Source: Camelus dromedarius | Lineage: Eukaryota | DNA length: 64,000 nucleotides | Direction of reading: 5' to 3' | NCBI RefSeq assembly: GCF_036321535.1 | Contig: NC_087436.1 | Span: forward strand, 58,406,001-58,470,000 | Shown here: positions 31,950 through 46,390 of the stretch, piece after piece | How the letters are laid out: the number at the start of each line of letters is the position of its first letter | How positions within the stretch are numbered: the first letter of the stretch is position 1 | The notes under the pieces: model-generated | Databases searched by the model: none | Told to the model about the DNA's origin: nothing | The model's input: only the letters and a program-made list of their open reading frames with translations | Position numbers and translations under genes: made by a program

Positions 31950-32570
31950 GGTTCCATTTTGCAGAAGCAGTGATAACTGGCAGAGTAATAGGATATAAAT
32001 CACAAGTTCCTTTTTGTATATGTTCTGTTTTAGATGTCTATTAAAATGCAAGTAGAGACATTAGGTTGGCAATTGATGTGTGGAAATGAAGCTTAAGAAA
32101 AAGAGGTCTGAGTAGGAGACATACATTTGAAAGTCATCAACATACTTTTGGGAATTAAAGACCTGAGACTGGACATGATCACATAAGGAAATACTGCAAA
32201 TGGAGATAAGAGAAACCAGAACAAATCCAAGAAGCAATCTAGTCTTAATTAGAAGAAGAAAAACAATTCAGGGTGGATTAGAAGGTACCACTATTGATCT
32301 AGAGGGAGTATCAAATAAGAAAAGCATTAAAAGAAGCAAAAAGAGGAAAAGTTTTTCAAATAATTAGGAACAGTCAACTACATGAAATGCTACTCAAAAA
32401 ATTTGTCATATGAGGAAAAATGAGTATCCTTATTCTGTGTTTGGTAACATAGACATTATTGATTATTTTAATAAAATCAATTTCAATGAAACTGGTGAGA
32501 GTGGAAGCCAAATTGAAATGGGTTAAAGAGTGAATCGGAGGTGAGGAAGTAGAGACAGAGTTTCAAAGCA
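31950..32570 (-). mobile_element. L2 LINE fragment
   Basis: ttttagatgtctatt...gcaagtagagac...gaggtctgag...gtcatcaacata...gagtgaatcggaggtgaggaagtagagacag, typical of antisense L2. Confidence 0.75.
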
Positions 32571-32789
32571 CTTCCAAAGAATTAACCCGGCACAGAGGCC
32601 TGTGTTTATCTTTCTCTCATTAGGCTTGAAGCTGCCCCCACCCCCAAACCCTGGACGGAAATACAGGGCTAATGTTTAACTTTTCATCAAAGTAAATAGT
32701 CCCTAGTGTCTGGCATAGTGTCTTTCTTGTAATAGAAACTCAATATTTCTTATTGAACTATAGTGGTAGAACCAGAATTCTGAAACTTA

Positions 32790-32900
32790 ATGAACAACTC
32801 AATTACTGTCAGAGCATTTAAAAATCAAACATGCTTCCTCAGATATACTGAATCAGAATCTCTGGTGTTAGGATCTGGAATTCCATTGATATTTTCTAGC
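32790..32900. mobile_element. MER5-like hAT DNA transposon fragment
   Basis: cctcagatatactgaatcagaatctctggtg resembles the MER5A core. Confidence 0.55.
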
Positions 32901-34074
32901 TTCTTTTATAGTTAGGTTTGGTCAAAAGAGTGACTAGAAGTAGGATATATGCCATTTCGAGTTCAAGGGGTTAAGCACCAAGTGAGCTTTTGTATGATCT
33001 TTAGCTCCTGGTACTTGTATGCAGTCGAGACCCTGTAAGACAAAGAATCCAAAACTTGCAAGAATCCTAGATCCCTATTTGAAGACGTTTTTCTAACTAC
33101 CTAAAATATACTACCCTAAGAGTAATTACCTAGGTAATATATTACCCTAAGAATAATTGCCTTTGAGAATCCTGGTTCTCAGAGAATGGCTCCTAGAAAA
33201 GCAACATCACTGTCACCTATGATCTGGAGTGGAGACTAGCAATAGATTATTGACTATTCATGGACTTAGCATTCCTTAAAATCTGCTCTGCAATTGTTTT
33301 CTTTAAGGTGTCTACTTATATCTAAAAAAACCTTGAACTTTTATTATTTCCCCTTACTTTAACTTCGCCTTATTTTCAGCCATATCTTCCTTGGTGCTGC
33401 TTAACATTCTGAAGAAATTTCTCTAGCTAAAGTTCTCTTAGAATTTGAGGGGAATACCTGATTTCTTGTCAGTCTGAGATGACACTTAACCTCTTGAACA
33501 AGTCATAGTTATATGATCAGTAAGTTACCTATCAAAAGTTGAAAACCTGAAGAATTAGAAGTAATGTTTCATATTCCTTCTTGGTCATAATCATATAAAC
33601 TATGCATTTAATCTATGGGAGTCTATAGAAGTATTGAGTATATTTATTTTAAAAGGTATAACTTAATATAAGGAAATTTTTTTCTTCTAATTAAATTGTC
33701 CAAAAATGTAATGTGCTTCCTCTTGTAGTTAGATATTATTCACAGAGGCTGGAAAACCTCAGAACTTACATATTATATGAAGGTACGGAAAATAACTTCA
33801 ATAGCCTCTCAAAGTCTGAAATACTTCTCAAATTGTATTTCAAAACAATTTTATACTTCAAGGTTCCAACAAGATGACAAACTAGTAAAGGTTCCTCATG
33901 CCCACCACCAAAATCAAATATACAGAAACTTCAGAAGAGTAACGAGAGCACGTATCTGAGAAACCAACCTAAATATTCTGGGAAAACTTGGACAAGACAA
34001 AAAGTAGCTGTGAAAAGTAGCTGGAATGTCAGAGGCAGCCAGGAATTGCAGGCATATCAACAGATTTGTAGAAA

Positions 34075-34615
34075 TAGTCAAAATTCTTCCAGGGGCTTAA
34101 AGAGCCTTCTGTAATTGGATCCTTTGTTAAATTTCAGATCTCAGATTATACTATTTAGCATCCTCCTCATTAACATCCAGTTACCCACAACCTCTTTATT
34201 GTTCCTAGAACACAAAACACATGTTCCCTCTTCAAGGATCTTATCTTGTTCTCCCTTCTGCTCGGGATGCTCTCCCCCTTAGACAAACACATGGCTGGTT
34301 TTCTTAACTGCTTTAAGTCTTTGCTCAAATAACTTCCTTAATGAGACCTTTCTTTATCACCTTATTTAAAACTGCAGCCTCTTCCTCCACACCACTTCTT
34401 CCTTCCCTGGCTTATTTTTTAGCATAGTAAATATTACCGTCTGATAGATTACATATCTATTTATTGTTTGTTTGTTTTCTTCTCCTCCCTAGAATACAGG
34501 TTCCATGATGTAAGAGATTCTGTTGGTTATATTCATAAAAAACAAAAATCAATGCAAAGGAAAGTGCTTGTCACACATTAGGCAATAAATAACAATTTGT
34601 TCAATAAATAAAATG
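34075..34615 (+). mobile_element. L2 LINE 3' fragment
   Basis: tctgctcgggatgctctcccc...catggctggttt...aagtctttgctcaaat...ctagaatacaggttccatga...tgttcaataaat. Confidence 0.8.
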
Positions 34616-36571
34616 TGATTATATGATTGAATATTTTAACAATATCACCAATCATAATAATACTTGTGCAAAACATTTCAACATATATTAAGGCCTTAAG
34701 TCAAAATTGCTGTTCAGAGATCCACACTTCAGCTTTATTGGCCTTTGACTTCACCTTGTAGATAGTTTTTATAAAGCAGTGAAAATCTGAAAAGAATATT
34801 CTAAGAAGTTTCATGCTCTAGAGTCCCATTTCCCAATAAAACTTTGTATTATTTACCTAAATACAATTAGAGATTTATTTGTGTCAATACTTAAGAAATT
34901 CCAAAGGTCCTTTTTGAATTAAGATAAAACAAATGAAGCTAGAGAAATAATCACAGTTCACTGATGCTTAACAAATTTTCAAATATGCAATGAATCTAAG
35001 TAAGCAGGTTTTTCTGTAGAAGTTGCAAATGCAAGTTTACACTAGTTAAGCTTGGAAGTCCTTCAGACTATATTATAATCTGATAGAAAACAACTCCTGA
35101 AGATTATATAATTTGGAAAGAAGGAAAGCAAGTTTGCAGAGATAAACCATTTACATGTATAAAGAAAGAGAACAGGAAATTCTATATTTTGAGAAAATAT
35201 ACAAATATAATTTTTGAAGTTAAATGTATCAGACAGAATTATGAAGGAATGATAAAAGAAAAAGGAACATCATTATACAGTTTATTAATGCCAATTGGAG
35301 GCTACTTGCTCCAACAGCTTTCTGGTAATATTTGAGGCATTTTGTAAACAAATTAATGTCCACATACTATGTTTGTGTTGCATACATGAATTAGTGAACG
35401 AATACATATGTGATCATTTTTAACTTTTAAAGGGGTAACTACTTACAAGAAAGAACATTTGCTAAATAAGAGACTCTGATAGGTAACCTTTAGGTGCAAT
35501 GTTAATCACAGTGAAATAAATCTCTAGACTAGGCAGCACTTCAGAGACAAGAATGTGAAACTGAACAGCTTTTAATAGCAAATTTCCACAATCAACCACT
35601 GTAGTGATAGCACCAACATTACACAAGACTGCTCAAACTTTAGGTGAAACTGTATAATACATATCAGAAAAAAATGTGTTATCTTTGGCACATTTTAGCA
35701 TCATGGATCACCATGTTTTTCTAGTTAAGGTAGAATTTCTTCCAGTTACTAGTCATTAGCATGAACAAAAACAGTATCTTCACTGTTCTGGTATATAAAC
35801 TAAAGTAGTTATCACTCTTTAATAATAGTGTAATTTTTTCATCTATTTTGTAGAAAGATATCTCAAATAAAGATCACAGAGTGGCAGGGAAGTTGCTCTA
35901 TATGCTGTTTGTAAAAGAGAGAAACTTTGTGTAGCTTTTCTGCCATTGTGAAGGAGGCATGCCAACTGTTGACAGGAGAATGAATAGATCTAGTCAGGCC
36001 TAACATCCATTCTATTGTCCAAAACTGTGTTCATTGGATATGTCATCAACAAATTTTCTGGTCCCCCTTCTTCATTGTTGGTAAACTTTATTTTATTCCT
36101 CTAAATACGATTAGAGGGTTATGTGCTATGAAGAATAATGACTCTGGATTCATTTTGCAGCTTAAAAAACAGAAATATTTTTATACTGAATTGAATGATA
36201 GTATGAACTTTCTGGAGTTTTTTCTATATGGAAATCACGACATTTTAAGATGCTGCCCCTTGAATAATTTTTACTTTCATTTTAACATGCATTACACATA
36301 CCTCCCTAAAGTAGTAAATAGTTCACCACAAAAATTGCACCAGATGCTAGGTATATCCACAAAGCTTACCGAAACCTATTAAGCCTTTGGATCCATGAAT
36401 AGTCAGTGAAGAACACATAAACCTATACCATTTCTGAAGATGCCTAGCTCATATACATGGAATGTATATATAGAATATTTAGATCAGATGACAGGTACTA
36501 AGTCAATGCAAGTTCCCAAGTTTTTCCTCCCTTCCCAAATCCACAACAGAACTAATTTATTTTAAATAAAT

Positions 36572-37352
36572 GAAAAAGTCCACAAACAGTAAATGCTGGA
36601 GAGGGTGTGGAGAAAAGGGAACTCTCCCACATTGTTGGTGGGAATGCAGTTTGGTGCAACCATTATGGAAAATAGTATAGAGATTCCTCAAAAAGCTAAA
36701 AATAGACTTACCATATGATCCATCAATCCTATTCCTGAGCATATATTGAGAGGGAACTTTAATTTGAAAAGATACGTGTACCCCATTGTTCATAGCAGCA
36801 CTATTTACAATAGCCAAGACGTGGAAACAACCTAAATGTCCATCAACAGAAGATTGGATAAAGAATCTGTGGTATATTTATACAATGGAATACTACTTAG
36901 CCATAAAAATAATAAAATAATGCTCTTTTCAGCAACATGGATGGATCTGGAGATTGTCATTCTAAGTGAAGGTAGCCAGAAAGAGAAATAAAAATACTAA
37001 TATGATATCACTTATATGTGGAATCTAAAAAAAAAAGACATAAATGAACTTATTTACAAAACAGAAACAGACTCACAGACATAGAAAACAAACTTACAGT
37101 TACCAGAGGTAGGAAGGGATAAATGGGGAGTTCAAGATTTGCGGATGCTAACTACTAAAAATAAAATATATAAACAGCAAGTTTCTTCTGTATAGCACAG
37201 GGAACTATGTTCAATATCTTATAGTAACCTATAATGAAAAAGAATGCGAAAACAAATATATGTATATATATATGTATGACTGAATTTATTATTCTGTACA
37301 CTAGAAATTGACACAACGTTATAAACTGACTACATTACAACAACAAAAAAAT
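36572..37352 (+). mobile_element. 5'-truncated L1 (ORF2 Cys-rich C-terminus plus 3'UTR), artiodactyl-type
   Basis: Translates [27 protein letters not shown]. 3'UTR contains gtatagcacagggaactat...acacaacgttataaactgactac and an A-rich tail. Confidence 0.93.
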
Positions 37353-37552
37353 CTCAAACAATGGTTAAGTTAGAAGAGTCTGTATTAACTGGCAACATGC
37401 AGCAGAAACATGCAACATTGTGCTTAGCTTGGTTATTAGTGTAAACTTTATAAAAGGTGACACATACCAAAATATTACAAAATACTGTACTTAGATTTCA
37501 AATCCTTGTTCTACATTGGACAAATTGCTTTTCCATTTGTTTTGATCCTCAG

Positions 37553-38181
37553 TATAGTGGGAAGAATTCTTAGATGCCCCATCCCCCCTCAGGATTTTCT
37601 GACCCTAAGCGCACATACAACTTCTCCCAGTTGTTCAAATACTAACCTAAGATTGCTGTGAAGGGATTTTTCAGGTGTAATTAAGGTCCCAAATCAGTTT
37701 ATCCTAAATTAAGCATATTATCTGAATGGGCCTGACATAATCATATAGACCTTTAGTAGCAGAGAACTTACTCTGCTGGTAGCAGAAGAAGAAATTCAGT
37801 GATTCTAACATGGGTAGAATCTGAGATGCTGTAGCTAGCTCTAATTTGGGTGGTGCTGTAAGACAAGGAACACAGGAAGCTTCCAGTAGGTGAGAGAGGC
37901 TTCTGGCTATCCCTAGCAAGAAAAGGAGAGCTTCCGACATTCAGCCACAAGAAATTGACCTCTGTCAAACATAAGAATGAGTGTGGAAGCAGATTCTTTT
38001 TCCTTCTAGCTACCAGACAAGAACTCAGCCCAGCTGATACCTTGATTTCAGTTTGTGACATCCTAGAACCCAGCCATACCATGCCAGACTCCTGACATAC
38101 AGAACTGTGAACTAATAAATGTATGTGTTTTAAAATGTCAAGTTTGTGGTAAATGGATACACTGAAAAGCAAACTAATACA
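37553..38181 (+). mobile_element. MaLR solo LTR (MLT1E/D-like)
   Basis: gctgtgaagggatttt...gtaattaaggtcccaaatcagtt...ccagactcctgac...agaactgtga...taataaatg...aactaataca terminus. Confidence 0.88.
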
Positions 38182-41169
38182 ATAAATTACCTCGATTCTT
38201 TAAAATATGAAAAATAATATCTAATTCACTAGCATCTAAGAACAACTAGAACTGAGCCTACAAAGCATGAGAGAATAATACAGGATATTTTTTTCCTTTC
38301 TTTAACATACACCATATGAGTATGTTCATATGCCAGGTATGTACCACTGTATGAAATACTAGTAGCAGAAACTGTTCCAACACCCCTGTCTTGCAGAGAT
38401 TACAATGTAGTTACAGAAATGATTAAATAGATAAATACATAGATACATGGATAGACAGACAGATATATAAACAGTAATACAATGGCATAAGTACTATGAC
38501 TAAGAAATGAAGTGTACTAAGGGCAAAACCTATAATTTTTTAATGTTTTAAAAATTTGTTCCATGAGATAAATAGTTTGGTTTTCTTAAAATGTAATCAT
38601 GAAGCAGGCAAATACTTAAAGCTTCTAGCTCCTAGCAAACAGGAATTCAGTAAACAGAAAAACTACTGAAAATTTGTTTAGATGAAAAATACTACTTATT
38701 GACAGCCCTGATTCACATATTTTATAATACTGTCTATGTTTTCCAGCCTAGAAGATCTTTCTTATAAATAAGCTAAATTTTCAGAGAATCCCCTCACCAA
38801 TTTATCATTGTAAAATTAATAATTTCCTAACATAGTATATTATCAAAATACTCATATGAAAGTAATAAGTAACATAACTATACATCTAAAGATGAAAATT
38901 AGGACCTAAAAGAGTTAGATAACTGGTCAAAACCACATTCCTTATCAAAACCATTCTACATTTGTAGTTCAAAGTTAGAGTCCGATCCAGGTTTAGAAAC
39001 TAATCATTTCAAAGTTAAAATTATAATGGTCATCACTTGCTGTTAGGACAGCAAATGTACTCTGGCATGGGATACCTTTCCTGCTTTTGATGAACAGACT
39101 CATCAACTACATTGACAAATAGGGTGTATTTTAGAACTGAGAAAAATAAATTTTTGGCCTTGTATTAGCAAAATACATACTTCATAAACAGGTATGAAAT
39201 TTCAAATGGTTTGACTTCATTATTTTAACTATAACATACTTCACAACTAAGTATCTGCATTTCAAATGTGTTGGTTTATTCCCTTTTCGTGAAGCTTCTA
39301 TTGCCTTGTGAATGACAGAGACTGCTTTGGATCTAAAATTTATATTATTCTTTGCTATTGATCAGGGATAGAATTCTTCCCATTCTCTAATTCTTCACTG
39401 AGAAAGGAATGTTTTATACTACCTTGGATTTTTAAGAATACATCACTGTAAGTGAACTGTGAAATATAGGACTCAGAACTCCTAGAGCTGGACCACATTC
39501 TGATACTGAACCCAATCCATAGGTCCAAATGAAATTCCCAACCAAAAGTGTTACAACCTTGGATTACCTCACATTCCTCCTACCAAAATTGAACTCTCTC
39601 ACCCCTCATCAAGTGCTCACTGTTCTTATTAAAGTGTCTATCAGCCTACTATGATTACATCTTGCCATGTACTAATGCAGTGGTTGTGTATCTCTTTTCC
39701 ATTAAAAAGCATGCTCTTAAGGGCAAGGATATTTTCTTAATCAGCTTTTGTACCTGACATTTATATGTGCATAACAGTAAATACATAATCTATTACATTA
39801 AATTCATATTCATATACCTGTGTTAAAGTTAGCCTTATGTGAAATTAATTTAGTTTTGTCTAAGTCCTACAGAGTTTTATTTTGCCACATGTAGAAGAAA
39901 GCCTAAATATTAGATGATACAGACATAGCTTCTGGCTTCACTGAATTCATAATCTAGCACTGAATATAAGACAGACACAAATTCTCAAATTCTCAAACAC
40001 ATAATAAAATGTAATATATCCAATATGTAATATTTGACGTAAACAGTGTAGAGATTCAAAGGGGTTCAGAGTTCATGGGTGTATCAGAGAATATTACCTG
40101 AGAGAAGGATATTCTCAAGGAATATGTAGAATTAAGACATTTAAAGAGCAGAAGAAGGATAAGTTGAGAAAAGAACAAAACAAGAGAGTTAGGGAGGTAT
40201 ACTACCTAGCTAAAGGCTACAGTTGACAAGAAAATACAAAGAGAAGTAAGAGTAATTGAGTAAGTTGGAGCCAGAAGGAAGGTACCAAAAATACATGATT
40301 AATTTGACACAATTATACTTAGGATATAATTAATTTTACTTAAATCGCTGAAACAAAAAATAATGAGTTGACTGTCTTTACTCACTAGTTATACACTGAA
40401 AAATTTTAAAGGAAATTTATAATTATGGAACAATATCCTAGGCAGTCACTAAAGAATAAAAATTAAGAACATTCAAGTGCATGTGTCTCTATATGTGACT
40501 ATTTTGAAGTTTGAGTGTCAGTGTTCCTAGTAGAATCATATTCCAGAGGTAGTGGAAAGATTAGAATTATAGTAATTCTCCCCTGCTCTTTTTTGCAAAG
40601 GAAAAATTATTCCTACTATTATTAAGCTTTTACTCACTATAAGCATAAAATCAATTTTCCAGCCCAAGGATTATTTAGTTTATACATTACTCACACCTTA
40701 CTGAGGCAGAATAGTTGATACACCTACCAGCTCTTGAAGGATACCACAAGCAAGTCATGGTGGGAAAAGTGCTTCCAGTATCAGCAAAGAAAATGTATTC
40801 CATTTCTTTACAGCTTCTCATTTTCATAACTTTCCAAACACTTAAGTGAGGCACATAATCCTAAAAAAGTTACTCTTTTTAATCACTAAATTACAAAGTT
40901 GGGGTGGGGGACAGTTATGGTGGTGAGATTACAATATAATCCATTACAAAAATCACTCTGATAGCTCTAATTCTACAGGCACTGGCATTCATGGGACAGT
41001 CTCAACGTCATGGGAAAATGATTCCATCAACCTCACAATTCTCAGTGAAGAAAAAAGAGAGTTGGCCTGGCTAATTTAGAACTATAAATATTATGCCCAC
41101 ATCATGTATAATTGACGATTAGAAGTCTGTAAACTGCTTCCATAGCATAATTTAACAGAAAAGAACTAA

Positions 41170-41335
41170 ATGTATTTGAGTACCTATTATGATTATGGCA
41201 CTCTGTTAGGTATTTTATATATATATCCTATTTTGATCTTTACTTAACTTTCGTGAGGTAGATTTTACTGATAAGAAAATTAATGGGTTGGAGAGCCAAA
41301 ATCTGCAATCTTGATTGGACTCCAAAGCCTAGGTT
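41170..41335 (-). mobile_element. MIR SINE fragment
   Basis: atttgagtacctatt...ggcactctg...gtgaggtag...gactccaaagcct. Confidence 0.6.
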
Positions 41336-42589
41336 CATCTCATTATGGCTACTGCCTGTTTGTGTCCCTACATATCTCCAGGCTGGCACAATTAGGCATG
41401 AGAACTTGGCAGAGGGTGGGCTGAAAATAAAGCAGCCCATGCTAAATAATGAGAATTGACCATAAACACTGGAAAATAACTTGTAAAAATATTTATATTA
41501 AAATTCTATGCTTACCTACCTTTAATGAAATACCTATCATTAGGTTGTTTGCAAAGTTATGGTACGTAGGTTCAAATAGAGAAAAAGTTTTTAATTATGT
41601 TCACTGCTGGTTTGATATTGTACTAATTAGCACTGGAAATTATTAGAATATTGCAGTATCATTTAAATGTTACTCAGTGCCCATTAACCTGGTGGAAATC
41701 TGAGTAATTTCATCAATAGCCTACAGAGTAAAACACAAAACTGAATTTTCCCTGTTCATAATTGCAATGGCCTCAGTCTGAGTTAACCCAACTTTTCTTT
41801 CCTAGGAGATTTCCAGTTGTTACCAAGGAGAGAACTCACAAATGAGGCCCTCCAGGCAAGAATGGATCATTAAACTAATTGTGAGAAATGGATTCAAAAG
41901 CAAAACGAATCTTCTTTGAAAACTATAATCTAAACTTTGTCAGAGAAAAAGAAACATATATCTATACAGAATAAAGGTACTCATTGGTATATCTGAATGT
42001 TCCTATTTAAAGTGAGTTTACTATTTGTGTTAAAGTGTACCCCAGGCCTGGCCACGTAGCCTTTCAGAGAACACAGAACCTCTTCAAATAATAATTTCAT
42101 AAATATTTTGAATTATCCAACTACCAAAGTCCACTGTGATCTTCCACGTATGCATTAGCAGTAGTGAGAATATCTACAGTCTCTATATTCAAAATACTGG
42201 AGGCTGAACATATTTGTGAGATTATATAAATTAGCCCCAAATCCACCAACTCCCAACTGTATGGTTAGTGTAAAAAATAGTGACATGAGGTATTCAAAAT
42301 TGGAACTAGTACAAAAAACATTATTTTCATTGACTCTAACATACATACATCTTTTGTACCATGAATACTGAATGTAAACAAAATAATATAGCCACACTAT
42401 GAAGCTTTTCTCAGGCTGAACTAAGCCTAGAAGGATTATATTAATATTTAAAAGGTGTACACACAACGTATTTTCTGCTTCCATGAAGAGAATACACTAA
42501 GCTCCATGAAACAGTTGAACTTCAGAGCCTTCAAGGAAACAAACTGTGGAAGAAGAAATATGAACCTACTTGTGTTACTTACTTTGTAT

Positions 42590-42720
42590 GAAATATTTCT
42601 CATTTTGCAAAAAACAGAAGCTTAGAGGGATTAGGTAATTAACACAAGATTGGTTAGTGAGCCACAGAAATAAGGTTTGAACACAAGTTGGCCCCCAAAC
42701 CTGTGTATACTTCTATTACT
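42590..42720 (-). mobile_element. MIR SINE fragment
   Basis: ctcattttgca...aacagaagcttagagggattaggtaatt...caagat. Confidence 0.65.
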
Positions 42721-42836
42721 CCAGCATTTCTCCAGCATATTCTGTAGGAAGGTAATAGTTATTACATGAAACAAGGATACAATGTTGTAAAAGTTTAAAA
42801 ATGCTGAGTTAAAGAAAGTGAACAGCTTATTTAACG

Positions 42837-42985
42837 CAGGGCTTTCCAAACCCTTTGATATGCCAGTGTGCTTTTTAAGTATCCAACAGTGAGACGGAAC
42901 ATGTGACAGTCCCCCAAACTAGTTAACTTCTGAAATCCCATTTCAAATTGGAATATTCAAAAGACATTTTGGGAAATACTGTGCT
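42837..42985. mobile_element. Short hAT-Charlie-type DNA transposon remnant
   Basis: Begins cagggctttccaaac and ends tttgggaaatactg, imperfect inverted termini typical of MER5/MER112-like elements. Confidence 0.5.
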
Positions 42986-44744
42986 ACACTATGCTAGAAG
43001 AGCCAGGCAATATTCTAAAAAGATTTCAAAGGAGGATATAATTCGCTGAAAGTAGAGTAAAAAAATTAGAAAACTTTATGGAGAAGGTGAACTTGAACAA
43101 GGTCTGGAAAAATAAATAGGATATAAAGGGGTAAAGAGAGGATATTCCAGGCAGATAAATGGATTTAAAGAACAGTATATAGTGACACTACACCTTTGTG
43201 AGACAATAAAGGATTTTTAAAAAATCACAAAGGGCTTTTTAGCTTTATGCAGTTCACTCCCAAACCAACACCCAATCCCCTTTATAACTAAAGTTCAGAG
43301 TGTGGGTTCGGGAAAAAGAATAAAATATGATTGTCTTGAAAGGATGTGCCCAGATTATAAAAGGCTTCAAAAGACAAAGGAGCAGAATTAATGCTTATTA
43401 ACCTCATTATAAAATCCACCTGGCTCCTGCTTTCCCTTGGCCATGCCGAGGTTGTAGGACGTGTACGGAGAAAGGAACCCAAAGTGAGGTTATTTCTAAA
43501 GCATGTGAGTAAGGATTAGCTTTGGGACCTGGCACAGTATGAGTCCATCTGCATTTCATCCAGCAGCTTCCCCTCACCTCCCTTCTCCACATTTGTCCTT
43601 CATCAGGGCTGCAACATTTCAAGATTATGCAATATAGAGGAGATCCATTCCTCCCTTAGGGCTCCTAAATTGTCATTTCCCTTCAATATTGCATTTGCTT
43701 AACAATGATATTAAAGCCAAAGATATTCTACTAATACAGACATTAGAAAAATGCTAAAAATTTTCCTCCTTTTTAGAGTAAATTAAGAGTAATTATTTGA
43801 ATCTCTTTTTGACTTTTAATTAAATTTTAAAAATCTTAATTTTGGTAAAACTTAAAATTGATTGTTAGGTAATGATGATGTTTCTCCATATACATGAACA
43901 CTCTGCAATTTCTATGCAATCTCTATGACTGAGTTATTATTAGACCTCAAGGGTTTAGTAACTGATAATGGCTTCTCCTATCTGTATGAAAACCTCTCAC
44001 TTAAGTAGGAATATTGCAGCCAAGTTAGAAATGGGAACTAGGTCTCTGTTTTCACATACAAATTTATAAGTACTTATGTAAAGACATTTGATCTTTCCTC
44101 TGGGTTATGCACAGCCAGCAGACTTAATAGGATTAACTTCCAAGAATGATATTTTTGATTCATACGTCTCTGATTATGGAAGATAACAAAGTATTTGGTA
44201 AAATTAACAATAATAAGAAGAAAAACAAGAATGCCTTCCTCAGAGTTAGATACTGAATTTGGTGTCAATAACCAGCCTACCAATACTTGACACTATGATG
44301 TCTGAGAAGCAGCTCTATATATATATACGCTTTAAAAGCATATATTAGTAAATGCTACATATAATGTAAGCATATCAAGGTATACTTGTATAACATCTAC
44401 CAAACTGTTTTGACATACAATAAGATTAAATTAAGCAAAATAGAAATAATTTACTCACAGATTATGGAAACTGGCATAACTAATAAAACAGTCAAACTGT
44501 TTCTAGGTGATTTTAAAAACGAAGGTGTACATAAATTATGTTGAAAACTAGAAAACAGCTAATGTTGAAATGAATATGGGCTAGGTTTCCAGCCACAATA
44601 AAGTTATTAAAAGTTTTACTCAGCTCTTAAGAGATATAATACTAGTCATTGTCTCATCTACCTGTGCAACAAATATATTTGAGATCAGTTGCTCCAGGGG
44701 CACTAATCAGCTCTAGCAATGGATTCATTATCTCCATCTATCTT

Positions 44745-45075
44745 GTGACAAATATTTATTAAATGTGCCTTATGTGTAAAGCTCAGTGCTGGACATTGAG
44801 AATATAAATGCCTAGAGAACTATATGATCTGGTGGTACAGAGCTAGATAACCCAACTGTCATAAAAGGCAGTATTTAATGGTGCCTTTGATGAAAACACC
44901 AAGAAACAAACAAATAGGAAAAAAAAATTAAGACATGGAGAGATCAGAAATGGGAGGATTATAACCAGCTGGGCTCAGGAAAATTTTACTGGAGAAGGCA
45001 GCATTTGGGCAATGACTTGAAGAATAAATTTGATTTTTAAAGAATAAAAGGTAGGGAGAGTGAATTCAGGTGGAA
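44745..45075 (-). mobile_element. L2 3' fragment
   Basis: acaaatatttattaaatgtgccttatgtg...gtgctggacattgag...ggagaaggcagcatttg...cttgaagaat. Confidence 0.65.
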
Positions 45076-45764
45076 TAAATGCTTCTTGCATTAACTATAA
45101 GAAAAACAGTGCCTCTTACATTTATTTTTAGAAAAACAGTGCAAAATCTCACCATTAGTTTCACGAAAGTTCAACTTAGGAGTTTGGCCTTTTTAAAAAT
45201 AAGGAATGAGATAGTGAAGTTTTTTGAATAGGAGAATGACATTTTAAAAATATAGCCTGTTCCTCCCCATGGCTATAACCCAGACGCCACCATTTACATG
45301 GACACATGCATAGCTCTCTAACTGATCTGTTTTTCATCTACTCTTTCAAATTTCCCACCCAGATGTTTATATATCATGGCATTATACAAAATGATGGAGT
45401 TGTTTTTTTTAAGATGATATCTATGATGTTCCTCCTCTCACAGGAACAATGCTGTGCAAGGTCAAGCTTTTGGGAGAGGGCTGGCCAAATACAGGAAACA
45501 CGGCTGGTTTCAGAAATAGAATGAAGATAGCTTTCAGGTGGAAGTTATTAGTTTGATTCTCAGATTTCTGTTGATAAGACATAGACTGACTATAGGAATA
45601 CAATTAAATACAATTAGAAATAATTCTGGCCTTGTGAGTCTATGCAAACTATATGCAGCATATTTTCAATGAATAAGACATCAAGGTTTCTCAGTGTACA
45701 GCAAATATGCATGCACTTATCATAAATATTGACAATTTGGTTTTATTTCAGCATTTGCCAACAA

Positions 45765-46103
45765 ACAGTGAAGGAAGCCTGCTGCCAGGTTGCAAACCCC
45801 TGATGAAGAGTCCACGAGGCAAGGCAGTGATGATCTCTAGCCAGCAGACAGTGAGAACTTGAAGCCTGCCAACAGCCTACTGAGTGAGCTTGGAATTCTA
45901 TCTTCCTTAAATTCAGCCCTGAAATGACTGCATCCTTGACTGAAAACTTGACTGCAACCTTGAAAGGCACTCTGAGCTAGAGTCACCCAGCTTAGTAGCA
46001 CCCAGACTCCTGACCCACAGAAACTATTAGATAATAAATGTTTGCGGTTGTAAGCCATTGAGGTTTTGGGTAGTTTGTTAGATGATAGTAGACCACTAAT
46101 ACA
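45765..46103 (+). mobile_element. MaLR LTR 3' portion (MLT1F-like)
   Basis: gagtgagcttggaa...gactgcaaccttg...cccagactcctgacccacagaaact...ataataaatgtttg...ctaataca terminus. Confidence 0.85.
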
Positions 46104-46360
46104 TTGTGAAAAATAAAGGAAAAACAAATAATCCAATAAAAATTAGCTTCAATTTCCTTTTATTTCAAATAAATCGTAATTAATTTTAATTAAGTGCAAT
46201 GATTGTTAAAATACTGAAGGACAAATGTATTTACATGTATTTCATATTATCTAAAATATGCTTTTCATTTTTAAGTTAAGTCTTTCTTATATCTGAGAAA
46301 GAAAAAGGAATCAGTCTTTATAGAGATTACATTAAAATGGGCATTAGACTTTGGAAAATC

Positions 46361-46390
46361 TTTTTTTAACATTTTTTTACTGAGTTATAG
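46361..46390 (-). mobile_element. Extremely truncated L1 3' tip (about 30 bp)
   Basis: Reverse complement CTATAACTCAGTAAAAAAATGTTAAAAAAA resembles a young L1 terminus. Flanked by TGGAAAAT at 46352-46359 and 46391-46398. Confidence 0.65.
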
